From a virus, in the IMG/VR virus record IMGVR_UViG_3300042691_032880, positions 1 to 64,000 of that record: a stretch of 64,000 bases of DNA, one strand, 5' to 3'. The position numbers and the translations under genes are program-made. The notes beneath the pieces are model-generated. The model searched no databases, had not been told where the DNA came from, and was given only the letters and a program-made list of their open reading frames with translations. Positions 35,201-44,238 of the stretch are shown here, one piece after another (positions within the stretch are counted from its first letter, which is position 1; each line of letters opens with the position of its first letter).

Positions 35201-38200
35201 AATACCTTTTCATTTGAAAGGATTCTGACCTTTGCATCAAGTGTATCATTGAGAATGATTTCTGGAACAGGATTTGTCTTGGTTTGAGTGATATACTGAA
35301 CCAATTGTCCAGGACTGGCTGGCAACGATGAAGCTTCGAGTTCACGTAGTATATTAGCCGTAGCTATTAACCTTTGGAACGGAATGAGTATTTTCTTGTT
35401 CTGTTTTGTTTCAGGTTGATCGAGAATGTCGGCATTTTCATTGAAATACTCTTGCATTTTTCCTCCCTCGAAGTATTCTCCAAAGGCGATTGCAGACTCT
35501 TTCATATAACCTGTCTGGTTCTTGATCTTACGAACCTCTTCGTTAACCTTGTCTTCCAGCAACTCATCATTGCTCATTGAAGTCAGATACTCAATGAACT
35601 TGGCTTCTGGAACACTCATACCATACTTTTCTATATAGTGACTGTATTCACCATAAGGAATCCTGGTTCCATCCAGTGCGTAGTATGATGCTTTGATATA
35701 CGCATAAAGTGTATCGATATCAAAGTCAGAACCTGCCAAAAGGTGGATTTGGAATGGTGCAGCGATGTTGCTACCATATGCCTCATCCATGTAATCCACC
35801 ACTTTTGCCACGAACATGCTTCGTCTATCCTCAGTAGGAATACGAGTCGCAAAGAATTCGGAAAGATATTTTTCCAAAAACGCCTGATCAACCTTTTCAA
35901 GTTCCCTTGGGACTATTACTTCAAAGGTGTATTTCTTTATCTTTTCCTTGGTCTTAGGATCAACAACTTCTTCCACACTCATATTGAGATAGCGGCTTGT
36001 TGCCTTTTCATATTTCTTAGGATCACGTTTGTAATCCATTCGTTTGACAATCTGACCATCCATTTCCATTACTGGGAACAGGATAGGACTGACATGGTAA
36101 TACTTACGACCTTCGATCTTCTTATCATATATGTTCTTGTTGAACATGCTGAAGAAATAGTACACCATGATCCTCTCCAACCTAGGCATATCTGGAGGAT
36201 TGATAGGTTGATTTTTGGTGGTGTCCAACTCGAAGTACTGGAGAATGCTGGCATCCGCTCCTTGTTCTTTCAAACCCGCGGATATGTTCGCATAAAGCTT
36301 TTTGATGATGTTCTTGTCATTGGTATTGAACATCCTCTTCATACGCTCGGTCTGTGACTTTACAAAGTCAGCAAGACCTTCCTGGTATGCTTCCAGATCC
36401 TTACGTATCTCCTTGTATCGAGGATCATCCTTGCTCATCTGACTTATAAGAAGAAGCTTCTGTTGGATACCTGATGTAACCTTCTTGGTGATTTTGGATG
36501 TTTCAACCTGCAGATAAGTCAAATCGTTGGGTACGTTCTCCACTGCACTTTCCAAATCAAGATAAGCACCAGGACGAGCGTCTTGAGCCATATCGAAGTT
36601 CAAAGGAGCAACTGTGGATTTTTTACTGGAAGTAGGATCATAAACCTGCTCTATCCTATGAAGCTCCATTGAGTTGAGCATGTTATGAAGGAATCCACCT
36701 AGCGGTCCTTTCACAGCAGGTCTATAATAAGAGTGTATCTGCTGCATGATACCCATGTAACTTTCAACCAGCGACTTTGTCATGTCTTCTTCTTGCGGTT
36801 GACCAGATGTAAGTTTCATGAAATCATAGTCAGACATTTCTGGATCATATGTAAGTGGTTCGTTACCAGCACCTGACTCTATCAGCATTGCGTAGTAATC
36901 CGCTTGAGCATAAAGATCTTCCAGCTCTTTCATTGAGGTTTCATAATTCAAACCTTGACGAAGCATACTGACTTCTTTCCTTATAAGTGTATGCTCAGAC
37001 TGTTTGATTGTAACCATAGGTGCTGCAGTCAGAGACTTCACACTGTTGAATACAATTCCTGCTTCACGCAACTTCTCTACACCTTCCCTGTATTCTTTTG
37101 TGGAACGCGTTTCAAAACGCATCCTCTTCATTATTTGCATCGAGTCATAGTCCAAAAGTCCTAAAGAGTCTGCAATACGCATCCTCCTATCCATTGTATG
37201 AATGGATTGACCGTCAAACGGACTGATCTTCCTATTACTCTTAAGTGGTTTGCCATCTTCATCCAAGAAAGGTGTCGGCTGCATCGGTTTGCTCAAGTCA
37301 GCATTATCCAAATACATTACGATCTCCTTGATAACGGCGCTTCTGTAAGTCTTGGTATTTCCATATTCCGCCCTTGATGGATCGTATATGTTGGAACCAG
37401 AAGCAGCACCTGACTTCTGACGCTTAAAGAAGTTGGCAAAATCTTTTACACCTACGGCAATAGGACCATCAAACAACTGGTTAACAAACATGCCGTTTAC
37501 CCAGGTATTGGCAAAGAAATTCCTTTTGAATTGTTCTGGACTAGCTGTAAGTGGAAGATCAACATCTTGAACACCTATCTCTGACAGATAGGTTTCAAAC
37601 CTTTGATACTGCTCATTCACATATGAATCTATTGCCTTTACTATTGCAGTCTTACTTGATGGATTGGAAAGAATAGCATCGAAAGGTGTATTGTTTCTTG
37701 CTAGATCTATCAGATCTTCACGCAAATCTATCCTTTGTCCCAAAGCGGAATCTATCCGTGTAGGATCAACGTTCACGCCGAACATGTCCGATAATACATT
37801 GAAAGTGAATCCTCTCAGTGAATTACCATTCTCATCTTTCTCTGAGGTATTGTATCCTTTGTATCTTCTTACACCCTCCTCATTTAACTCCTTGAAGTTT
37901 TTCAGCATCAAATTATACTCTTGACGCATCATTTTCATGACGTGATCAGTCACCAGTTTCACGTTGTTTCTAGATACTGGATTTCCCTTTTCGTCATAAT
38001 AGTTGGTAAATAAGCCATCCACAACAATACTGGTACTAGTAGCCTCGTATTGCGTAAGTATACGTTTGAACGTAGTAAGCTTTTCTGTTGTACCAGGAAT
38101 AACGGTTTCAGTCATCTTGGTGAACAAACCGAACATAGACAACATATATGCTTTATCATCAATTGTCTTGAACGTACTGGTTTCACCTTCTTTGAACTGC

Positions 38201-41200
38201 TGAAAGATATTGAAGTTCTGACTGAATCCTGCAAATGCACCAACACTCAAGTTCTCCAAGAAGAACTTTAATACTGGAATATCAGCATTGAGCATCGGAT
38301 TGTCCCTGAAATATTCGGTCATCCCCATGTAGTCCTCATTGATCAGCTTGTTCAAACCTTCCTGGATATCGATTTTTCCAGTAACAGAGTCAAACATGCT
38401 TTGCAGTTTCATCATTACTACATAAGCAGGTGTAGCTTTTACATACTTGTTGACTAGGTTTCCATTGGCGTCCCTGGTAACAGAACCTGAAATACGAGGA
38501 TTATATTTCATAATGAACTCACCCATTGAGTCAACATAGGCGGTAAGGAATCTCTTTAAGTCATCATCGGTGATGCCTCTTTCAATCTGTTTTTGCCGTT
38601 CCTTATCGGTACGTACTGCAGATTTGCTCATCAACATCTTTAACTGGCTAGACCAGAAAGAGTAATTGAGGTTTTTGATTTCCTTAATCAGGTTTTGATT
38701 TGCACGGAGTATCATCCTTAACTCACTATCCGAGTGGAACATATTGACATTCCCTCCCAAACCAACAAACGCTTGTAAACCTAATGATGTATAAATTACA
38801 GAATAAGGTATATTAAGATTGAACTTCGATACTGCAACATAAACCTTGTTTACAAAAGAACGGAACTTGGCATCATTGAACATGCCGTCTTCTGTCATAA
38901 ACTCCTGTTTAAGGTTCTTTTCATTTCTGTAAGTAACAGTGATTTCATCCAATACATCTAGACTTGGTTTGATTTCATCCATTCCAAATCGCATATTGGT
39001 AACCCTTTCACGCAGGTCATTGCGAATCTTGTTTATGTCACCTTGTACTACGATGTCACTTACATAGTAATCTTGTCCAGTAGCTACAAACCTTTTGTTT
39101 TCAGCATCCCATTCCTGTTTGGTTTTCAATTGTACCTGCATCAAACGAGCGTCCACTGTGTTAAACACATCCTGGAACATGACCAATATGTGTTTGTTCT
39201 TGGTAGCATATCCCAGTGGATTCATGCCAACGCTGTCAACCAACACGTTGTAAACAGCTTTGAGCGAATCACGCAAGTCAATCATATCCGTTATGTCATC
39301 AGGAGTACGGATACCGTTCTGTTCAATCTGTGATTGCAACTCATCATTGTACTGGAAAATGTCACTTTCCAAACGCTGTATCTCTGCAACAATTCGAGGT
39401 ACAATCTCCTCCTTCTGCAGGTTTGCAGTTATCTTTCGGATAGTACTGAATATCAGTTTGCTATCAATCATCCTGGTTCTAGTGATACCAACCTTTGAGT
39501 CATAATACTCATAGGGGATATACTTGAACATCATTCTAAAGTACGCACTTCCTTCATATGGAGCTTTGTTAGCAAAGCCTGCATCAGCAAACTGTTGTCC
39601 TGACTCTTGTTCATCATCCTCCCGTTTCAATGTTGCATCCAACTCATCCATATCCATTTCAATGGAGTCCTTGTACACGGAGTTATACTCCTCCATGATA
39701 CTGTTCATGAACTTGGTAGCATTGAATCTACTGATATTTGTCTGGACTTTGTTATTGACTATGGGATTGTTTTGATACTGGAGGTTGCCTGTATAATTAC
39801 GATACATAAAGGTTTCCCCTTCTTCATGCAATGCTCCCAACAACCATCTGGTACTATCGTATTGAAACCCGTATCTTTCGATTATCGCAGCCTTGTTTTC
39901 AGGATTCTTTGCAATAAGGTTTTCAATCTTGTATTCTTCCAGTATACGCTCTCTTGCAAGATTATAAACAACGTTATCCCGCAAGTCAGGTTTGGCTGTC
40001 TTGATCGACGCCATATAATAAATCATTTTATCACTGACCTCGGATACCACTCCTGAAGGTATTACCTGATTACCAAACATCAGCTTGTTGTTCCGATCCA
40101 TGGTGAGGTAAGGTATACCTTTGAAATCCATACTGTAAAGACGTTCAACATCCGTAGTCCTTTCACGAACTTGTGCGGTTTTGAACCTTCCCAACGTGAT
40201 ATCATAGAAGAGGTTGTCAATCCGACCACCTTTCTTGAACAGGTTCAACAGCTTCTTGAGGTATGCGAACAGCTTCTGCATCCATGTCCTGGGAACCTTG
40301 TTGTCCGCCATGAATGACTGGAATGAGTCAGCCAAGTATTCTTCATATATCAGATCCTTGATCTGGCTATCACTAAGGTGAACATAACCCCGCTGTTTAC
40401 GGAATTCTGATGCATACACCTTGCGAGAACCAACCTGGATGTATTTTCCTTTGCCATCTGTTTTGTAATCACCTAGTGTTTCACCTGCTTTCTTCAAGTA
40501 ATATGTTTGTTGTTCGGGAGTCAAAAGTCTCCTGAATACAACGTGGAACGTCTCGTGATAAGCTACACCCTTCGCCTTCAAAGCATCATTTAAGGCTATC
40601 ATTTCCCCTTGAAGATATCCTAAGGCATGTCCGTCGACATTGACATCTTCAAAGTTCTTTCTTACAAATTCAAACAGACTGGGAATAAATTCCTTTGCTG
40701 TTTCTATCTCTGATAAGAAATCCTCTTCACTCAAAGCCAGGAATCCTTCCAAAGATTCAACTATGCTGAATGCAGTATCATCAATCGCATTACCTTCAGA
40801 TAGCGTATTAGGATCGATATATCCTGGTCCAGGTTCTGATATGATTCCAGGATCGATAGCTGGCTCTGAATGGTCTACATTGATGACAGGAGATGATATA
40901 TCGCTTGAAGGAGTCTTGGAAGCAGGCCTCGATGCCTTCATCCTGACGGTACTGGGAAGAACCACCCGTTTTGCAGTATCCTTCCTTGAAAGATTCAACT
41001 CATTGTTCTGAGTTGTTTTGACCATCACATAACTGTACAGCTGGTCAAGCTTTTCACCCCTGCGAAATACCCTTAGAGACTTACCGCTAAACAGTCCATA
41101 AGTCATGAACTTATCAGTCAATAGTCCTCCACTGACTCGACCATTGCTTACATTGGTATCGTAAGTGTTTATGACCTTGGAAAATCCATTTGATATCTCA

Positions 41201-44200
41201 TCTGTGAACTTTGAGTAGGTTTCAAACAGTTCATTCAATGCAGGAAACGATACAGGAGTGACAAGTCCAGCAGTCGATGCCTCTCTACTGACATCTTCAA
41301 TGGACATGTCCTTGGTTATTTTGGTACCTGTATAATCAAGAACCTTGTTCAGGTTATCATACAGCTCATTGAGGGTATCCCTGTTGAGTTTGATGTTGAA
41401 GTTTTTCGAATAAGCGTTGAATTTTTCAACCATCTCATCCGTATTCTTTTCATTAGGAAGCATTGTGAACTTTATACCAAAGGTCTTTTTGTCACCTACT
41501 TGGCTAAGAATCACAAACTCCGCTCTTATTCCGTCTATGACGTTGAAACCCCAACCATTCTTGTCGAGGTCTATCATTGCGGTATTACCCTTTTCAATGG
41601 ACGCGTTTTGGAATGCATGCAGCATTGTGGCGATAAAGTCCACCATATCTGCAGGACTATTCACCATCTCCTTTGGTATCATGGGTTCTGCAACTGGTTT
41701 CAAGGTATCCTTTACAACCTTGAAATTCAAATACGCTGCAGTCCATGTGGGGAAGTTCTTCATGTACTCCGCCACATTTATACCAAACTCCCCTTTCAAA
41801 TAGGAGTCTATTGTCAGATACGTCTTTCCCGATTCCCCAATGATTTTCTTGTTTATTGGTGAGGCCGCGTTGAGTGTCAGCGTATCAACTATCTCCCATA
41901 CGTTCTTCGTTTTACGAACTACTATAGGAATCCTTTCTTCCGCAGGATCACCCATCAACTCACCAGACTCATTGTACTTCTGGGTAACCATAGGTAAGCG
42001 TCCTTCAAATGCTTTTATATGCTGAGCTAAAGGTGCACCTTCTTCATCACCTTTATACTCGAGTTTGTTAGGACTGTTGGTAAGATCGTAGTATTTGAAA
42101 AAGATATCTCGTATGTCAACATTACTCTGATCACCAGTGCTTTCCAATCTTCTGGTTACTTCCATTTGGAAAGCCTTGTATGTATTAATCGACTTCTTGA
42201 GTTCGTCTAACTGTGCTTCGGTAATATCCTCGGTGTAACGATAAATGTCAGTAACCGACTCAAAAGCCTTGTCATTCCTGATTCGTATCATGTTCCTGAG
42301 CATCTCGACATGTGTATTGTTGTCGATGTCAAGGGGAACCACCGTATTGTCAGGATAAACAAATGCAAGATTTGTCAGTGGATCTATTTCAAATGACTTA
42401 TCCCCTTGAGGATTTGTCACTGTAATGGTAAATCCCTCGATGGGTTTGATGAATGTAAGAATCGGACCTTTGCCTTCTTGCAAAGCTTGTACTTGTACAG
42501 GAAGTTCAGAGGTCTCAATCGTACGTTGAGGATAAGCCGCACGTATTCTTTCAAGTCTTTTCCTATTGAAGTCTACAGTTTGGAAACCAGCTACAATCCT
42601 GATAGCATCATAGAAACGCATATCAACAGGCAATGTTGAAGCTAATTCATCTCTTACAAGTTTTTCTGATAACTCTTCCTTTTCAGTACCTAGTATTAGA
42701 CCTGTAAGGACATCACCCAACTTCATTCTTACCTGTAATGTTTCCTTATCAATGGTTTCACCATTATCTTTTTTGTAGATTGCAGTTATCTGGTCACCTG
42801 GTAGTCTTTCTATTTCTGTTTCATGTATTTCAGGATTTGAAGGATCATAGTATATGTATCGTTTATTTACAGTATCATATCCAGCCTCAAACTTTTCTCC
42901 ATTTGCTCTTCTAAATTCATATAATGGTCGATTTTTATAAAAACCGATTCCTGGAACTTTAGGAAGGGGTATGTACATCTCACCTTCCTCTTTTCCTTGA
43001 CTCCTTTTCTTTATCTCCTCGTTTATGACATTCCCGATTGTGACCTTGGAGGTACTGTCTTTTCTGGAGTTTACTTCTCGCAACGCATTTTCCAAATACG
43101 CAAGCGCCATGTCCGAGGTTATACTTTCCTTATTCGAATCAATAAGCGTCACAATATTTTTGAAAGTATCCAATAAGTAGTTGTCCGCTACGTCTGCAAG
43201 ATCCGCTATCTCGGAAGCTATGAGTTCTTGAGTTGTTGGTGGAATGTCTTCTACTTCCACAGGAGCTGCTGGTGCAGTAGTAGGTTTACCTGATACAAAC
43301 TCCTTAAATCCTTCTATAGTTGGGTTATTAGTAGTTTGTAAGTATTGAGAGTATATTTGTAGAGCTTGTTGTTTTTGTTGTGGGGTTACATTTCTAATTT
43401 CATCAGAAGTTTTAATTCTAAAAGCTCTTTCTTGAGTTACAAAACTGTCTGGATATTCTTCACTTGCTTTACCAATATCTCCTATTTTTTCAGCATATCC
43501 TTTTTTAACTAATGAATTTAATAGTTGTATTTCTTGACTACTGTTTTGATAATCAGAATATAAATTACTGTTGTAGTCTTTCTTAGCTAAATCTGACATT
43601 AGAATATGAACTATTTGTCCATAGCCTTTATTCTGATATTCTTCATTAATTTCAATAGATAGTCCTAATTGTCCTTTTTCCCCATTATTTACAAACTTAA
43701 CTCTACCTATTTTTTTATTATTAAGCTGGATAGACATCCAACCAACACTTGTTTCTTCTGATAGTGTTATTCCTTTAGTATCAAATGTAGATTTATTAAA
43801 CCCTAAAGCTTCATATACAGCATTAGCTAATTCAGGATTGGATTCAAACAGTTCTAATACACCCTTTTTTACTTTTGTAGTTACAGTAGGAGCAGGAGTT
43901 GCAGGTGCAGGAAAAATACTTTGCAGACCTTTCTCGCTTGTAAGTATATAGGAATAGTCAAAAGGTATCTTACCCGTAATCATAGGTTCGATAAGCTGTT
44001 GCACCCGAAGATACTTTCCTTCACTCCACTCTTTCGTCTGGAGTCTTTCCTCCTTGAACGCAGCTGAATGCATGAAACCTGAATAATACCAGATGGCATG
44101 CATCTTAGCCTCTTCAGGAATGTTCAGTTTCAGCACATCGTTTATGACAGCTGAAAGATGTTTATACTTGTTGATGTCTTTTCGGAAAGCGTTGAAGAGC

Positions 44201-44238
44201 GTATCTTCAAGGTTGCTTGCGGGAATCCTACAGCTCAT
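32275..44238 (-). CDS. Virion-associated two-barrel RNA polymerase polyprotein (crAss-like)
   Basis: 3987 aa; RIPTEDRRSM and catalytic GSDFDID (~35713-35733); FDGQS; zincin HETFH...EEYLAD (~40330-40557); GNAT-like insert near the N-terminus. Confidence 0.9.
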   Translation of the reverse strand: MSCRIPASNLEDTLFNAFRKDINKYKHLSAVINDVLKLNIPEEAKMHAIWYYSGFMHSAAFKEERLQTKEWSEGKYLRVQQLIEPMITGKIPFDYSYILTSEKGLQSIFPAPATPAPTVTTKVKKGVLELFESNPELANAVYEALGFNKSTFDTKGITLSEETSVGWMSIQLNNKKIGRVKFVNNGEKGQLGLSIEINEEYQNKGYGQIVHILMSDLAKKDYNSNLYSDYQNSSQEIQLLNSLVKKGYAEKIGDIGKASEEYPDSFVTQERAFRIKTSDEIRNVTPQQKQQALQIYSQYLQTTNNPTIEGFKEFVSGKPTTAPAAPVEVEDIPPTTQELIASEIADLADVADNYLLDTFKNIVTLIDSNKESITSDMALAYLENALREVNSRKDSTSKVTIGNVINEEIKKRSQGKEEGEMYIPLPKVPGIGFYKNRPLYEFRRANGEKFEAGYDTVNKRYIYYDPSNPEIHETEIERLPGDQITAIYKKDNGETIDKETLQVRMKLGDVLTGLILGTEKEELSEKLVRDELASTLPVDMRFYDAIRIVAGFQTVDFNRKRLERIRAAYPQRTIETSELPVQVQALQEGKGPILTFIKPIEGFTITVTNPQGDKSFEIDPLTNLAFVYPDNTVVPLDIDNNTHVEMLRNMIRIRNDKAFESVTDIYRYTEDITEAQLDELKKSINTYKAFQMEVTRRLESTGDQSNVDIRDIFFKYYDLTNSPNKLEYKGDEEGAPLAQHIKAFEGRLPMVTQKYNESGELMGDPAEERIPIVVRKTKNVWEIVDTLTLNAASPINKKIIGESGKTYLTIDSYLKGEFGINVAEYMKNFPTWTAAYLNFKVVKDTLKPVAEPMIPKEMVNSPADMVDFIATMLHAFQNASIEKGNTAMIDLDKNGWGFNVIDGIRAEFVILSQVGDKKTFGIKFTMLPNEKNTDEMVEKFNAYSKNFNIKLNRDTLNELYDNLNKVLDYTGTKITKDMSIEDVSREASTAGLVTPVSFPALNELFETYSKFTDEISNGFSKVINTYDTNVSNGRVSGGLLTDKFMTYGLFSGKSLRVFRRGEKLDQLYSYVMVKTTQNNELNLSRKDTAKRVVLPSTVRMKASRPASKTPSSDISSPVINVDHSEPAIDPGIISEPGPGYIDPNTLSEGNAIDDTAFSIVESLEGFLALSEEDFLSEIETAKEFIPSLFEFVRKNFEDVNVDGHALGYLQGEMIALNDALKAKGVAYHETFHVVFRRLLTPEQQTYYLKKAGETLGDYKTDGKGKYIQVGSRKVYASEFRKQRGYVHLSDSQIKDLIYEEYLADSFQSFMADNKVPRTWMQKLFAYLKKLLNLFKKGGRIDNLFYDITLGRFKTAQVRERTTDVERLYSMDFKGIPYLTMDRNNKLMFGNQVIPSGVVSEVSDKMIYYMASIKTAKPDLRDNVVYNLARERILEEYKIENLIAKNPENKAAIIERYGFQYDSTRWLLGALHEEGETFMYRNYTGNLQYQNNPIVNNKVQTNISRFNATKFMNSIMEEYNSVYKDSIEMDMDELDATLKREDDEQESGQQFADAGFANKAPYEGSAYFRMMFKYIPYEYYDSKVGITRTRMIDSKLIFSTIRKITANLQKEEIVPRIVAEIQRLESDIFQYNDELQSQIEQNGIRTPDDITDMIDLRDSLKAVYNVLVDSVGMNPLGYATKNKHILVMFQDVFNTVDARLMQVQLKTKQEWDAENKRFVATGQDYYVSDIVVQGDINKIRNDLRERVTNMRFGMDEIKPSLDVLDEITVTYRNEKNLKQEFMTEDGMFNDAKFRSFVNKVYVAVSKFNLNIPYSVIYTSLGLQAFVGLGGNVNMFHSDSELRMILRANQNLIKEIKNLNYSFWSSQLKMLMSKSAVRTDKERQKQIERGITDDDLKRFLTAYVDSMGEFIMKYNPRISGSVTRDANGNLVNKYVKATPAYVVMMKLQSMFDSVTGKIDIQEGLNKLINEDYMGMTEYFRDNPMLNADIPVLKFFLENLSVGAFAGFSQNFNIFQQFKEGETSTFKTIDDKAYMLSMFGLFTKMTETVIPGTTEKLTTFKRILTQYEATSTSIVVDGLFTNYYDEKGNPVSRNNVKLVTDHVMKMMRQEYNLMLKNFKELNEEGVRRYKGYNTSEKDENGNSLRGFTFNVLSDMFGVNVDPTRIDSALGQRIDLREDLIDLARNNTPFDAILSNPSSKTAIVKAIDSYVNEQYQRFETYLSEIGVQDVDLPLTASPEQFKRNFFANTWVNGMFVNQLFDGPIAVGVKDFANFFKRQKSGAASGSNIYDPSRAEYGNTKTYRSAVIKEIVMYLDNADLSKPMQPTPFLDEDGKPLKSNRKISPFDGQSIHTMDRRMRIADSLGLLDYDSMQIMKRMRFETRSTKEYREGVEKLREAGIVFNSVKSLTAAPMVTIKQSEHTLIRKEVSMLRQGLNYETSMKELEDLYAQADYYAMLIESGAGNEPLTYDPEMSDYDFMKLTSGQPQEEDMTKSLVESYMGIMQQIHSYYRPAVKGPLGGFLHNMLNSMELHRIEQVYDPTSSKKSTVAPLNFDMAQDARPGAYLDLESAVENVPNDLTYLQVETSKITKKVTSGIQQKLLLISQMSKDDPRYKEIRKDLEAYQEGLADFVKSQTERMKRMFNTNDKNIIKKLYANISAGLKEQGADASILQYFELDTTKNQPINPPDMPRLERIMVYYFFSMFNKNIYDKKIEGRKYYHVSPILFPVMEMDGQIVKRMDYKRDPKKYEKATSRYLNMSVEEVVDPKTKEKIKKYTFEVIVPRELEKVDQAFLEKYLSEFFATRIPTEDRRSMFVAKVVDYMDEAYGSNIAAPFQIHLLAGSDFDIDTLYAYIKASYYALDGTRIPYGEYSHYIEKYGMSVPEAKFIEYLTSMSNDELLEDKVNEEVRKIKNQTGYMKESAIAFGEYFEGGKMQEYFNENADILDQPETKQNKKILIPFQRLIATANILRELEASSLPASPGQLVQYITQTKTNPVPEIILNDTLDAKVRILSNEKVFDRFFADTGMRADAVVDDYKNAVERRGLSEKEIYNKQNLYTPTALAVARSLNSESKDSLGIAASFNKGVSMLATINAEMVSNITNSFYQEIVQANPKTGKTSTKIQKVTTDRIVDDAVQLVGSLIGIYADAANNPYPGPLNMNRTTTPVLASMLASGVPKMAAIMFQSLPVIKDIITEYNQTYGSAYSSTQRRFRVSLQKFITKRLDSIKKELNSELINRGLMSDGTLVSDSYKIIYNDDIKPDTQEQISTGTVPIDNFGYRIEDSKGLPVSMEIENLILLNEFNKYLQFGNEISFGITKLTDPLKALRPDFDRFDSLVNDYTKAKAGKLKFFTKATMEKLFETYPVLDENMKSIMYMSDVSRMIMMERTSFMKGLVSLFNTEYGYDVMDIRKDLKSFLAMQIQRSALEEKKDSVAAQIYLEQLDPKNFLGGQVISDYHSLLKAYPNNEFLLAIKTVNIGPPRSGMKVLEIATSKLGSSGKEKAFTDLMFLLESPNVDEKIKAFRIAYHGMIKAGGNMTVGGYYDLLPSFLSRPMAEGIWKLQKRLVDLDKLILSKHKEIDNQDGTYSLPEAAETEYQNAIDSIFSDTFGGMKLDDLITESISKIVSMRLNDESVEEKTSLIRRDKFENISDEQFVQFFETVTPDNHQFIIAKREFKDKLKDEAKITISRPQIRGGVAATAKANSYDLYTPDVTGKLTITIPDITDETADDVRMLLRAADIQGNFKDGFKFPLYKTNIYGQIMVLKKIDGQGIGKTFINTLLETEMGIGSNALELRGKSAEYETVVKQGTSKISPFAFNNQQGAEIHNMINTKPQSTTIMREIKLPDSVNVIPQINKAYQLSESETPSSAIAGRTLTRMDGSKVTTQEQFYRYAYDPRTQRIIQYNPLDETYAEVLFKNDPQRFDNFARIMFNTPTWDALKNDSRFEGFMKGESYIFVYDLVNSVYNPLENRPDGITIKDMDDQIEQEENKCKNP

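Noticed and set aside
43285-43880. RNAP insert as an intein
   Set aside because: No C/S start or HN-C/S/T end; it is flanked by Pro/Ala linkers instead.
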